Shown here piece after piece: positions 38,958 through 48,485 of a stretch of 64,000 nt of DNA. The stretch's first letter is position 1, and every line of letters begins with the position of its first letter. The DNA lies in contig CAYMCM010000001.1 in assembly GCA_964388945.1 (NCBI GenBank), positions 11,715 to 75,714 of the forward strand, written 5' to 3'. The notes under the pieces are model-generated. The model had not been told where the DNA came from. It made no database searches and saw only the letters and a list, made by a program, of their open reading frames with translations. Origin of the DNA: an uncultured Roseburia sp. (lineage in GTDB: Bacteria; Bacillota; Clostridia; Lachnospirales; Lachnospiraceae). Both the position numbers and the translations under genes were made by a program.

Positions 38958-40133
38958 TTATTTTTCGTTCGCTAAAAATTCCAGATTCTTTTTTATCAGG
39001 TCACATCTCTGTGCCACGCATTCAACAGAACGTCCCGGATCTTGTGGTGTATTGAATACAAAATCTTTTAACTGGTCGATTGTTGTTGTTGCAACGTGCA
39101 GTCTGGTATCACTTGCCGCATAGTAAATGTATACCTCACCCGCTTCGTTTGCGATCGCACCATTGGTAAATACAACGTTTGATACATCACCGACTCTTTC
39201 CCATTCTCTCGGAGCGATCAAAAATCCGGACGGCTCTGCGATCACTTTTCCCGGATCTTCCAGCGCTGTTGCAAATGCATAGATGACATAACGCAGTCCG
39301 GCTGCTGTGTTGCGCACGCCGTGTGCGATGTGTATCCATCCCTTGTCGGTCTTGATCGGAGTCGCACCCGCGCCGTTCTTTGCTTCGGTGATCGTATGGT
39401 ACTTTCTGAGGCTGGTCATGCGCTCTTCATCGATCACTGCATGGGTAATATCATCGCACAGACCAAAACCGATTCCTCCGCCGCTTCCGGTGTCGATGAA
39501 ATCATCCATCGGTCTGGTGTAGAATGCATATTTTCCGTTTACAAATTCCGGATGCAGACATACATTTCTCTGCTGCGGTGAATTTAAAGTAACCAGATTA
39601 TCCAGTCTTTCCCAGTTCTTTAAGTCTTTGGTTCTCACGATTCCTGCCGCTGCAACTGCCGCAGAAAGATCGTTTACCGTCTTATCCTTGCTCTCAGAAC
39701 AGAACACACCGTAGATGTATCCGTCTTCATGCTTAGTCAGACGCATATCATATACATTGGTCTCATCCGGGCAGGTATCATCAAGCAGGATCGGATAATC
39801 CCAGAATTTGAAACCGTCCACTCCGTTATCGCTTTCTGCAACGCCGAAGAAAGATTTTCTGTCATTTCCTTCAATACGGGCAACCAGATAATATTTTCCG
39901 TTCAGTTCGATCGCACCTGCATTGAATACTGCATTCACGCCGAGACGTTCCATAAAGTACGGATTTGTCTCCGAGTTTAAATCATAACGCCAGGTAAGCG
40001 GAATATGTTCTCTTGTAAGTACCGGATATTCATACCTGTCGTAAATTCCATTGTAAAAATCAGATTTTACATTTTTTTTGGCGATCAGCTCGTTGTATTT
40101 CTTTAATTCTTCTTCATACCTCTTATGCAACAT
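38958..40133 (-). CDS. 4-O-beta-D-mannosyl-D-glucose phosphorylase (GH130_1)
   Basis: [44 protein letters not shown]. Confidence 0.9.
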   Translation of the reverse strand: MLHKRYEEELKKYNELIAKKNVKSDFYNGIYDRYEYPVLTREHIPLTWRYDLNSETNPYFMERLGVNAVFNAGAIELNGKYYLVARIEGNDRKSFFGVAESDNGVDGFKFWDYPILLDDTCPDETNVYDMRLTKHEDGYIYGVFCSESKDKTVNDLSAAVAAAGIVRTKDLKNWERLDNLVTLNSPQQRNVCLHPEFVNGKYAFYTRPMDDFIDTGSGGGIGFGLCDDITHAVIDEERMTSLRKYHTITEAKNGAGATPIKTDKGWIHIAHGVRNTAAGLRYVIYAFATALEDPGKVIAEPSGFLIAPREWERVGDVSNVVFTNGAIANEAGEVYIYYAASDTRLHVATTTIDQLKDFVFNTPQDPGRSVECVAQRCDLIKKNLEFLANEK

Positions 40134-41298
40134 CGATATCCCTCCTTATAACCTCTATGCACATTCTTCCATTGTGATACGGGCATTTCCACGGTTCCAC
40201 GAATGGTCTGTCCGGATACGGTTTTCCGTTCTCGTCTACTTCCCAGAACCATTCGGAGCCTTCCCGCTTATCGATCACATAATCCTTAATAAACTGCCAC
40301 TCATTTCTTGCAGCTTCTAAATATTCCTTCTTCTCCGGATGTCTCTCATATCCGTTCAAGAATCCAATTACTGTCTCTGCCTGAACCCACCATACACGGT
40401 GTGTATTGACAACGCCTTTTTCACACTCATTTGCAAGGGAATGCCCGTCAAAAGCCACCTCATAAACCTGTGCAGTCATCTCGTCAATGATCGGCCCGAT
40501 CTTTGCCTGGTAGGCTTCCTCACCGAGCACATCAATACCGCGGTTTAAAAGCCACGCTGTCTCAATGTCATGTCCGTAGGAATACAGATCCAGGATCGTA
40601 TTGTAATCTTTATCGAAAAATACTTCCTGACGATGCAGCGTCGGATTGTAGATCTTATCTGCAATCGTATCTAAGATCCATTCGAGGCGTTTCTTTACTT
40701 CCGCATCTTTGGATACACGATAAAGCTCGGTATACGCTTCAAACACATGAAGCAGTGTGTTCATCGTCTTATCTGCGATCACGCCGTTTTCGGAGAGCTT
40801 ATCATTCTCGATCAGATGAAATTCACGGTCAAATGCTTCTAAGTAGCCCACCTCATCGGTGCATTTTTCTTCGATGACATGAAACAGTTCCTTTGCCATC
40901 GCAAGTGCTTCTTCATCTTTGGATGCCTCGTAATAAGAGGACAGCGCATAGATACAGAATGCCTGATTATATGTATGCTTCGTTGTATCTTCCGGTTTTC
41001 CATCGTAAGTGATCGACCAGTAGATGCCGCCGTTTTCCTTGTCAAAACAGTAATCCTTCATAAATGCGAATCCGTGTTTTGCTTCATCGAGCAGGCTTTC
41101 ATCCTTCAACAGCGTGTATGCATTGGCAAAGAACCAGGTGATCCGGCTGTTTAAGATGCAGCCCTTGACTGCTTTCTTATCCAGCGCGAGATCATATCCA
41201 AGCCAGCCGTAATAGCCTCCATGCTCATTGTCACGCAGATTCTTCCAAAATGGAATTATCGTATGTACTAAATGCTCTTTTACTTCTTCGACCATCAT
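40123..41298 (-). CDS. Cellobiose/mannobiose 2-epimerase (AGE family)
   Basis: [38 protein letters not shown]. Confidence 0.92.
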   Translation of the reverse strand: MMVEEVKEHLVHTIIPFWKNLRDNEHGGYYGWLGYDLALDKKAVKGCILNSRITWFFANAYTLLKDESLLDEAKHGFAFMKDYCFDKENGGIYWSITYDGKPEDTTKHTYNQAFCIYALSSYYEASKDEEALAMAKELFHVIEEKCTDEVGYLEAFDREFHLIENDKLSENGVIADKTMNTLLHVFEAYTELYRVSKDAEVKKRLEWILDTIADKIYNPTLHRQEVFFDKDYNTILDLYSYGHDIETAWLLNRGIDVLGEEAYQAKIGPIIDEMTAQVYEVAFDGHSLANECEKGVVNTHRVWWVQAETVIGFLNGYERHPEKKEYLEAARNEWQFIKDYVIDKREGSEWFWEVDENGKPYPDRPFVEPWKCPYHNGRMCIEVIRRDIDVA

Positions 41299-41316
41299 AT
41301 TTTTATTCTCCTTGTT

Positions 41317-42177
41317 TTAGCCTTTGACAGCTCCTGCAGTAATACCACTGTAAATCTGTTTCTGGCACAGGATGAATACGATCAGCGCCGGAAGCAGGGA
41401 AATGATAACGCCGGCACAGATCAGGTTGTAACGGTTTCCAAGCGGTCCGGTAAATGTGTAAAGGGACATTGCAACTGTACGGATATCCTTGCTCTGTAAG
41501 TACAGGCTGGCGGAATAGTATTCGTTGTAAGTACCTACACCCTTTAAGATGGCACTGGTAACGATCGCCGGCTGTAACAGCGGAAGGATGACCTTCCAGT
41601 AAATCTGGAAATAGGATGCACCGTCAATGATCGCCGATTCATCCAGAGAAACCGGAATGTTTTCCATAAACTGAATGAAGATATATACGGAGATGATATC
41701 AGTACCCATACTCATGATGATATATCCATAAAGGTGATTGATAAATCCAAGTGCACCCATGATGTTGTATACAGTTACCTGCATTGCAACTGCCGGAAGC
41801 AGGGATGCAAACAAAAACAGGTTACGGATCAGTGTATTTCCCGGAAACTTGAAACGGTTCAATACATACGCAAGCTGTGTTCCTACAAGGATTGCTCCGG
41901 CAAGTACACAGACAAGCACGATGCCTGAATTGATAAACGCTCTTCCCATGTTTGCGGTATTAAATGCTTTTACAAAGTTATCCAGTGTCCACGCGGAAGG
42001 TAATGTCATTACGTTGGTGGACTGATATTCTGCATCTGTTTTAAAAGCGGTGATGACACAGGAGACCACCGGAAGCACTGCGATAAAGGAAAAGAGGATC
42101 AGTGAGAAATATTTGATTACGATCCAGATCCAGGCGCCTGCGCTTCTGTGTTTGATTTTATTTTTCTTTGCTGCCAT
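41317..42177 (-). CDS. Carbohydrate ABC transporter permease (MalG type)
   Basis: IPVSLDESAIIDGAS EAA motif. Confidence 0.92.
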   Translation of the reverse strand: MAAKKNKIKHRSAGAWIWIVIKYFSLILFSFIAVLPVVSCVITAFKTDAEYQSTNVMTLPSAWTLDNFVKAFNTANMGRAFINSGIVLVCVLAGAILVGTQLAYVLNRFKFPGNTLIRNLFLFASLLPAVAMQVTVYNIMGALGFINHLYGYIIMSMGTDIISVYIFIQFMENIPVSLDESAIIDGASYFQIYWKVILPLLQPAIVTSAILKGVGTYNEYYSASLYLQSKDIRTVAMSLYTFTGPLGNRYNLICAGVIISLLPALIVFILCQKQIYSGITAGAVKG

Positions 42178-42192
42178 TCCGTTCGACCCCCT

Positions 42193-43179
42193 TTACGCTC
42201 TTGCTTTCTTCTTTTTCTTGATTTCGTCCTCTTCATTTGCATTTCTAAAAAGAACTGCCATGATCACTTTCTGTGCGATCGTTGCCGCAAAGATAAGAAG
42301 CAGCAATACGACTGCCATTGCAGATGCAAGTCCTACCTTCTGGCTGACATGTGCGATCTCGTTCATGATTACGAAATAAGTTCCGGTTCCATTTGCACCA
42401 CTCGTAATAACGTATGGCGGTTCGAATGCACTTAAAGAACCTGAAATGGAAAGGATAATATTAAGTGTTACGATCGTGCGGATACTCGGTAATATAATAT
42501 GTAAGAACTGCTGGAACTGATTTGCTCCGTCAAGCTCTGCCGCTTCATACAGTTCTTTGTCTACTGACATGATCGCTCCGATGAAGAGCACCATATTCTG
42601 TCCGAAATATCGCCAGACTGAAGTTGCCACCAGTGACCAGTTGTTTACTTTCTGATCCTTCAGCCAGTATGGCAGGTTATCTAACTGAAAACCACACCAC
42701 TGAAGAACGGTATCAAATACATATCCTCTGGTATAGAAGAACTTGAAGATAAATCCGATCGCGATACCACTGATCAGGTAAGGGAAAAACATAAGCCCCT
42801 TAAACAATCCGCTTCCCTTTGTCTTGAAGCTTAAGATAGTTGCAAGATAAAGCGCGATCACAAGCTGGATCAGAGCACCGGCAATGTAGTACAAGCTGAG
42901 CTTCAATGCCGAGAAGCAGTCCTTTCTGTTGAATACATCAATGTAATTCTTCCAGCCCACAAACTGCCGTTTATCTACCGGCGTTGTGTATTTCATTTTG
43001 TAAAAACTGAATTTTACCATTTCGCCGAACGGCAAGTAGGTAAATACAAATAAAAGCAGGAGCGGGATGATCGAAAACGCCAGTACAATTAGCATTTTCT
43101 GGCCTTCCCTGCTTTTCACCCATTTAGCAAAGCTAAATGGCTTTTTTCCTTTTGTAGCACTTTCTGCTTTAGCTACCAT
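42193..43179 (-). CDS. Carbohydrate ABC transporter permease (MalF type)
   Basis: ELYEAAELDGA EAA motif. Confidence 0.92.
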   Translation of the reverse strand: MVAKAESATKGKKPFSFAKWVKSREGQKMLIVLAFSIIPLLLLFVFTYLPFGEMVKFSFYKMKYTTPVDKRQFVGWKNYIDVFNRKDCFSALKLSLYYIAGALIQLVIALYLATILSFKTKGSGLFKGLMFFPYLISGIAIGFIFKFFYTRGYVFDTVLQWCGFQLDNLPYWLKDQKVNNWSLVATSVWRYFGQNMVLFIGAIMSVDKELYEAAELDGANQFQQFLHIILPSIRTIVTLNIILSISGSLSAFEPPYVITSGANGTGTYFVIMNEIAHVSQKVGLASAMAVVLLLLIFAATIAQKVIMAVLFRNANEEDEIKKKKKARA

Positions 43180-43218
43180 ATGCTTTTCCTCCCTGTTTAA
43201 TTTAACTTAGTGCAGTTT

Positions 43219-43371
43219 CTTATTTTTTCGCACCTCTTTTTTACTTAATTTAATTATATATTCTCCATTTATTTATTCATCACTCATTCTTGTTTTTAAT
43301 TACCCATTCTTGTTATTACCGTCCTTTTCTTCCATTTTACCAAATATTAGCTTTCGTTTTTGTGCATTTTT
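43219..43371 (-). promoter_or_regulatory. Permease-operon promoter, paralogous to the SBP promoter
   Basis: GTGATGA-N18-TATAATTAAATTAAGT plus an upstream AAAAATGCACAAAAAC box at the same offset as in 45045-45195. Confidence 0.75.
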
Positions 43372-43469
43372 TCTATACAAATTCTTCTTTTCTTTTGTTT
43401 TGTGAGCTAATTTAATTTTGTTTTTAACCTATGTTGTTTTAATTTTCGAAAAAAGCGGAAAAGGCAGGA

Positions 43470-43503
43470 AAAAGGGCAGGGAGTTTGCACTCTCTGCCCT
43501 TTT
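43470..43503 (-). terminator. Rho-independent terminator after the SBP gene
   Basis: Minus strand AAAAGGGCAGAGAGT-GCAA-ACTCCCTGCCC followed by a T run. Confidence 0.75.
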
Positions 43504-43550
43504 CCTACTATATTATTTAGGGTCTATTAATGAAAAAGAAATCCCATTTA

Positions 43551-45017
43551 TTATTCGTTGATCTCTACGCCTTCTGTATCCTGAGCGTCAGACCATTTCT
43601 GGTTCCAATCGTCCATAACTTCATCGAAGGTCATATCTCCGTTTGCTGCATGCTCGATGAGTTCCTGAATCTTGCTGTCACCAGAGTTGTTGATGTTAAG
43701 CTCAGAATCAGAGTTTAAGTCTGTAAGCAGATCTTCTTCACCTTCTAATGCAGGTTCATCAGATACATAGTCAAGGCCTTCGAATGCGGAATATACTTCC
43801 GGCCAGTTATCATCGTTCGGGTCGATTGGCATACCGCCTTCATTGAAAGCGTATCCAGATTTTTCAGTCATCCATTTTACAAAGATGATAGAAGCCTGTA
43901 AGTTAGCATCGTCTGCATCTTTGTTGATACCCCAGCTATAGTCAGGGCCGGAAGATGCATACTGTTTTCCATCTACTGTGATCGGGAATGGCATATATCC
44001 GATATCAGCACCATTGTCGCCGGCATCTCTCATCTGTGCGAAAGCCCATGAGCCAAGTACCATACAACCGATCTCTCCGTTGTTGATCATGCCCTTGCAG
44101 CCTTCCCAGTCAGTTGTTGTATAGTCGTCTTCTGTTAAACCGCCTGCTACTGCATCATATAAAACTTTGTATACATTGTAAGCATGTGTGCCATCGCCCG
44201 GATCGCTGAAAGGATTCTGGGTATGTGCTAATTTCTGGTTCATGTAAGTAGCATCACCAGTTGCAGATCCTCCGATGTAAGCGTCCCATGCACCCATCGT
44301 CCAGCCTGCAGCGTAGTTTGTGTAAAGCGGGATCGCATCTGTGTTGTCTTTGATAAGCTGTAAGTCTGCCATGAACTCATCCGGAGTTGTCGGAAGAGCT
44401 GTGATTCCTGCTTCTTCAAATACTTTCTTATTGTAAACGATACCCTGTGCATTTCCGGTAGAAGGTACACCGTATACTTCTCCGTCATACTGCTTGTCAC
44501 TTGCAAATCTGATTAACGGGCTCATGGTATCCATATCACCGTAAGCATAAAAATATGTAGAAAGTTCTCCGTTGTCTACTGCCGGGATCTTCATAACATC
44601 GCCCCAGTAATCTCCGCCCTGTAAACGAAGAAGAGATGTTTCTGCATAGTCAGTAATGGTTTCTACGTTTACTGTGATGTTCGGATACATTGCATTGAAG
44701 TCTGCAATATATTCATCCCATTTCTTTCCAACGTAGTCATCCTGCTGCATATCCGTTCTGTTATCTGCAACAGAGATTTCAGCGGTAAGATCTGTGCAGT
44801 CCTCACCAAGTTTTAAATCTGCATAGCTGATCACTCCATCTACGGAGCTGCTGTCTGCACTTCCTGCATTTTCTGTTCCGGATGTTTCGTCCTTTGCGGA
44901 ATTTCCGGATGTGTTTGCATTGCTGGAAGTAGAAGTATCAGAACTGCTTCCGCATGCTGCCATGGATGCCATCATTGTAACTGCCAGGCTGACTGCCAAT
45001 ACTTTTTTCAGTTTCAT
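43551..45017 (-). CDS. Carbohydrate ABC solute-binding lipoprotein (probably manno-oligosaccharides)
   Basis: Lipobox MAAC, Ser-rich linker, YPNITVNVE, VYGVP, GCMVLGSW. Confidence 0.92.
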   Translation of the reverse strand: MKLKKVLAVSLAVTMMASMAACGSSSDTSTSSNANTSGNSAKDETSGTENAGSADSSSVDGVISYADLKLGEDCTDLTAEISVADNRTDMQQDDYVGKKWDEYIADFNAMYPNITVNVETITDYAETSLLRLQGGDYWGDVMKIPAVDNGELSTYFYAYGDMDTMSPLIRFASDKQYDGEVYGVPSTGNAQGIVYNKKVFEEAGITALPTTPDEFMADLQLIKDNTDAIPLYTNYAAGWTMGAWDAYIGGSATGDATYMNQKLAHTQNPFSDPGDGTHAYNVYKVLYDAVAGGLTEDDYTTTDWEGCKGMINNGEIGCMVLGSWAFAQMRDAGDNGADIGYMPFPITVDGKQYASSGPDYSWGINKDADDANLQASIIFVKWMTEKSGYAFNEGGMPIDPNDDNWPEVYSAFEGLDYVSDEPALEGEEDLLTDLNSDSELNINNSGDSKIQELIEHAANGDMTFDEVMDDWNQKWSDAQDTEGVEINE

Positions 45018-45044
45018 AAAAATATCCTCCTTTATTTTTGTTAC

Positions 45045-45195
45045 CTTATTTTTCGTTACCTCTGCAACTTAATTTAATTATATTATATTTTTATTTTTAG
45101 TCATCACCTATAATTGCGTTTAATATCTTTTTCTTGCCAATTTCGTCATTTCTGTATATATAGTCAAATTTAAGCTTCTGTTTTTGTGCATTTTT
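45045..45195 (-). promoter_or_regulatory. SBP promoter
   Basis: GTGATGA(45101-07)-N18-TATAAT(45077-82)TAAATTAAGT; TGCACAAAAAC box within 45180-45195. Confidence 0.75.
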
Positions 45196-45396
45196 GCTCA
45201 TTTTTTATCTATTTTCCTTTTATTTAATTCTTTTTAGCCTGTTTTCTCTCTTACTTTTGTCGTTTTTTTACTTCGCATCACTTGTTTTTCTTCCTATTTT
45301 ACCATATAATATAGAAAATAACTTCGTACAATATCCGCCAATTATGGCAATTTATGCATACACGCTTGCGGTACGCATACCGCGAAAGGAGTTTTT

Positions 45397-46302
45397 ATGG
45401 ATTTCAGACAGGAATTTAAATCTTCCTTTATACGTCTGCCCGCGCTTGGCGCCGGCGTATCCGAATACAGTCTGTTAGGGGAAGTCTATGACAGCCCGTC
45501 CGACCACGCTGTCTGTGACATGATCTCTGTGCTCGCGCACAGCGCACTCTCCTGTCAGCCGCCATTTTCCTATCACATCCGCTCCCTCAACTGCTATCTT
45601 CTGCTTTTGACCAACAGCGGAAGCGGAACACTGCGCTATGGAAACCAGTCGGTGGCATTAAAAGAGAAGACGCTCTTATTTTTCGACTGCCGTCAGCCCT
45701 TTTCTCTTTTTATCAACCATTCTTTCTGGAACTTTGAAGCTTACTTTTTAACCGGAACGAATTTAAAGAATTACTACGAACTTTTAAAAGACTTGGAACG
45801 TCCGATCAACCTGCATGCAAATTCTTCTGTTTTTCAGCATTTCAAAGCATTGGAACGCAACAACAAGACTTATTCCGACCGAAACCCGGTTCTGGATCTA
45901 AAATGCCTGACCGACATTTTTACAGAGATCGCCCTGATCCGGTGTACCGAAGATGAGCCATCTGAAAAGATCCCGCCTTATCTTCTTTATATGAAAAAAT
46001 GCTTTGACTACTCCTATGCCGAGAATTATACCTTATCTGATTTCGAACAAAAGCTTGAAATCAGCAAGTACCGTCTCTGCCGGGAATTTTCAAAACATTT
46101 TTCCATGTCTCCGCTGCAATATTTAAATCACAGGCGGATCGATAGCGCAAAGGATCTTTTATGTACGACAGATGAGTCGGTCCACGAGATCGGATCATCC
46201 ATCGGGATTGAAAATACCAACCATTTTATCAGTCTTTTTAAACGCGAGACCGGATTTACGCCAAACGCCTACCGCCAGCATCTGCTGCAGCAGGACGTTT
46301 AG
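45397..46302 (+). CDS. AraC-family transcriptional regulator
   Basis: ISKYRLCREFS...SPLQYL..RI..AK.LL...IGIENTNHFISLFKRETGFTP. Confidence 0.92.
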   Translation: MDFRQEFKSSFIRLPALGAGVSEYSLLGEVYDSPSDHAVCDMISVLAHSALSCQPPFSYHIRSLNCYLLLLTNSGSGTLRYGNQSVALKEKTLLFFDCRQPFSLFINHSFWNFEAYFLTGTNLKNYYELLKDLERPINLHANSSVFQHFKALERNNKTYSDRNPVLDLKCLTDIFTEIALIRCTEDEPSEKIPPYLLYMKKCFDYSYAENYTLSDFEQKLEISKYRLCREFSKHFSMSPLQYLNHRRIDSAKDLLCTTDESVHEIGSSIGIENTNHFISLFKRETGFTPNAYRQHLLQQDV

Positions 46303-46305
46303 CAT

Positions 46306-46347
46306 CGGCAGGACTTTACGACCAGGTAACTTCGTAAAGTCTTGCCG
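46306..46347 (+). terminator. Terminator after araC, overlapping the convergent GH36 stop
   Basis: CGGCAGGACTTTACGA-N10-TCGTAAAGTCTTGCCG followed by a T run. Confidence 0.72.
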
Positions 46348-48451
46348 TTTTTTCTTTCTCAAATTCTACACTAAGCGTTCCGGTGCGCTCATTCCAGTTA
46401 AATTTCTCCGTGGCATAAGAAGGATAGATACAGCGTACCGCTGCCTGTCTGCCCGCCAGTCCCGCGATTGGGAGCATCCGGCTTTTCTCTGTCCCTTCGC
46501 GCCGCCATACCGCAAGGTAGCATTTCTTTTCCCCCCGCATACCAAGACTTACCCATTCATCGCTGTACGCAGAAAGTCCGATCGGCCAGAACGGATAAAA
46601 CTCCCTGATGTCTGACCGGATTTTTTTATAGAGATCCAGTCCTTCCTTCACCAGTTCTTTTCTCGTATCATCCAGTCTGGCAAGATGTCCGCTCTGATGC
46701 ACACGCAATAAAATGGCATTCACCATATTAAATACCACTTCTTCTTTCAGTGCTTCCTCCGACATCGGTTCTTCATGGTTCATCGGATACGTCCAGACCG
46801 CGCTCTGCTCCGGTGCGACTCCGGTCGGCGAATTTGCCGCAATCGTAGCATACCGCAGGTAATCTTCCTGATCGCTCGTTGACTGGATACTGTAACGGGA
46901 AAGCATCGCATAGTCGATCCGCAATCCGCCGCTGGAGCAGTTTTCGATAATCAGCCCCGGATGGCGCGCAAAAACGCCGTCCAGCCACGCAAGATAACTG
47001 CGCTCATGGGAAAGCATGCCATCTCCCACACTATCCGCACCCAGTTCGGTTCCAATACCGGGTTCAATGTTATAGTCCATTTTGATGTAACCAACACCGT
47101 AATCCTGCACGAGACGATCGATCACACTATCCGCGTAGGCACGCACTTCAGGATTCCTGTAGTCGAGCTGATATCTGCTCCGGTCAAAAATTCGTTTTCC
47201 ATGACGTACGAAAAACCAGTCGTCCGGCACTTTCTTTGCCGTCTCGCAGTAAATCCCCATCACTTCCAGTTCCAGCCAGACACCCGGCACCATCCCTTTG
47301 GCGCGGATATAATCCGTCACTTCACGTACACCGTTCGGAAAACGTTTGCGGCTCTCTTTCCACTCACCAACGCTGTCCCACCAGTCGCCGTCCGCATACC
47401 AGCCGCAGTCGATACAGAAATATTCGCACCCTGCCTCTGCCGCCGCATCAACAAGCGGAAACTCTGCTTCTGTCGTCGGATTGCCCCACAAACAGTTCAT
47501 ATAATCATTAAAGATGACCGGCAGCTTTTCATTATCCGCATTGACTCTGCGAATCTTTCTGCGATAGGACGTGAGCGTTTTCATCGCGTCATCAAAGCCC
47601 TGTGCCGTCACGCCCACTGCCACCGGAACTCCTGTAAAGCTCTCACCCGGTTTTAAGTTTTTGTACCAGTGTGAATAGATCTCATTCGGCCCGCTCACCG
47701 CAAGATACAGATGCCCGTTCTGGTCACCGATCTCCCAGTGCCATGAGCCATTGTGCTCGATCTGGAAAAACAGTCCGCTTCCCACCTCCGTATTTTCCAC
47801 ATACGCCATCGGCAGATATTCCTTGCTCGACCAGTTTCCGGTGTTAGAAACACGAATCATAGAAGACGAATGCTGGTTGTCCGCAGGCTGCGCCAGCTCC
47901 ATGCCAAGCTCCGGCAGGGTGTAGGTTTTCCAGTTCATCTCCCTCTGCCAGCTATTATGCGGGATATAAACCTTTATCTTCTCATCCTGTGAAAGCAGTC
48001 CTTCTTTCTCAAATCCCTCATAATTAAAGGAAGAAAGATATTCTAACGTCTGCATTTCTTTTCCTTCATTCCGCACTGTCTGCCACATACGGACAATGGA
48101 ATCTCCATCATAAAACTGCATATAGGCATCCACAAACACACCCGTCACTTCATCGCGCAGGATAAATTTGAGCAGTCTGCCGTGTTCGTTCCTCTCATCC
48201 GTATGTCCCGCATGCTTCATCCGATATCCCGGTGCCGTCACAATGTATTTATTGCCATGCCGCTCAAACGGGCGGTCAAATCCCGAAAGATTCATCTCCA
48301 CAAAGCGGAAACCATAATCCATAGACGGTGCCACGATGTCCTCCCGGCGAAACGGCAGTGCTGAAAAATGCAGCAGCTTTAAATTATTTTCATCATCAAT
48401 CTCCCACACAAGGTAAATTCCGTTTTCTTCAATCTTTATTATCTGCATCAT
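46316..48451 (-). CDS. GH36-type alpha-galactosidase, divergent subgroup
   Basis: IDCGWY, PGVWLELE, IKMDYN nucleophile region, IENCSSGGLRID, STSDQ. Confidence 0.85.
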   Translation of the reverse strand: MMQIIKIEENGIYLVWEIDDENNLKLLHFSALPFRREDIVAPSMDYGFRFVEMNLSGFDRPFERHGNKYIVTAPGYRMKHAGHTDERNEHGRLLKFILRDEVTGVFVDAYMQFYDGDSIVRMWQTVRNEGKEMQTLEYLSSFNYEGFEKEGLLSQDEKIKVYIPHNSWQREMNWKTYTLPELGMELAQPADNQHSSSMIRVSNTGNWSSKEYLPMAYVENTEVGSGLFFQIEHNGSWHWEIGDQNGHLYLAVSGPNEIYSHWYKNLKPGESFTGVPVAVGVTAQGFDDAMKTLTSYRRKIRRVNADNEKLPVIFNDYMNCLWGNPTTEAEFPLVDAAAEAGCEYFCIDCGWYADGDWWDSVGEWKESRKRFPNGVREVTDYIRAKGMVPGVWLELEVMGIYCETAKKVPDDWFFVRHGKRIFDRSRYQLDYRNPEVRAYADSVIDRLVQDYGVGYIKMDYNIEPGIGTELGADSVGDGMLSHERSYLAWLDGVFARHPGLIIENCSSGGLRIDYAMLSRYSIQSTSDQEDYLRYATIAANSPTGVAPEQSAVWTYPMNHEEPMSEEALKEEVVFNMVNAILLRVHQSGHLARLDDTRKELVKEGLDLYKKIRSDIREFYPFWPIGLSAYSDEWVSLGMRGEKKCYLAVWRREGTEKSRMLPIAGLAGRQAAVRCIYPSYATEKFNWNERTGTLSVEFEKEKTARLYEVTWS

Positions 48452-48485
48452 ATTGTCTCCTTTCTGCTATCACGATCATACCCTT

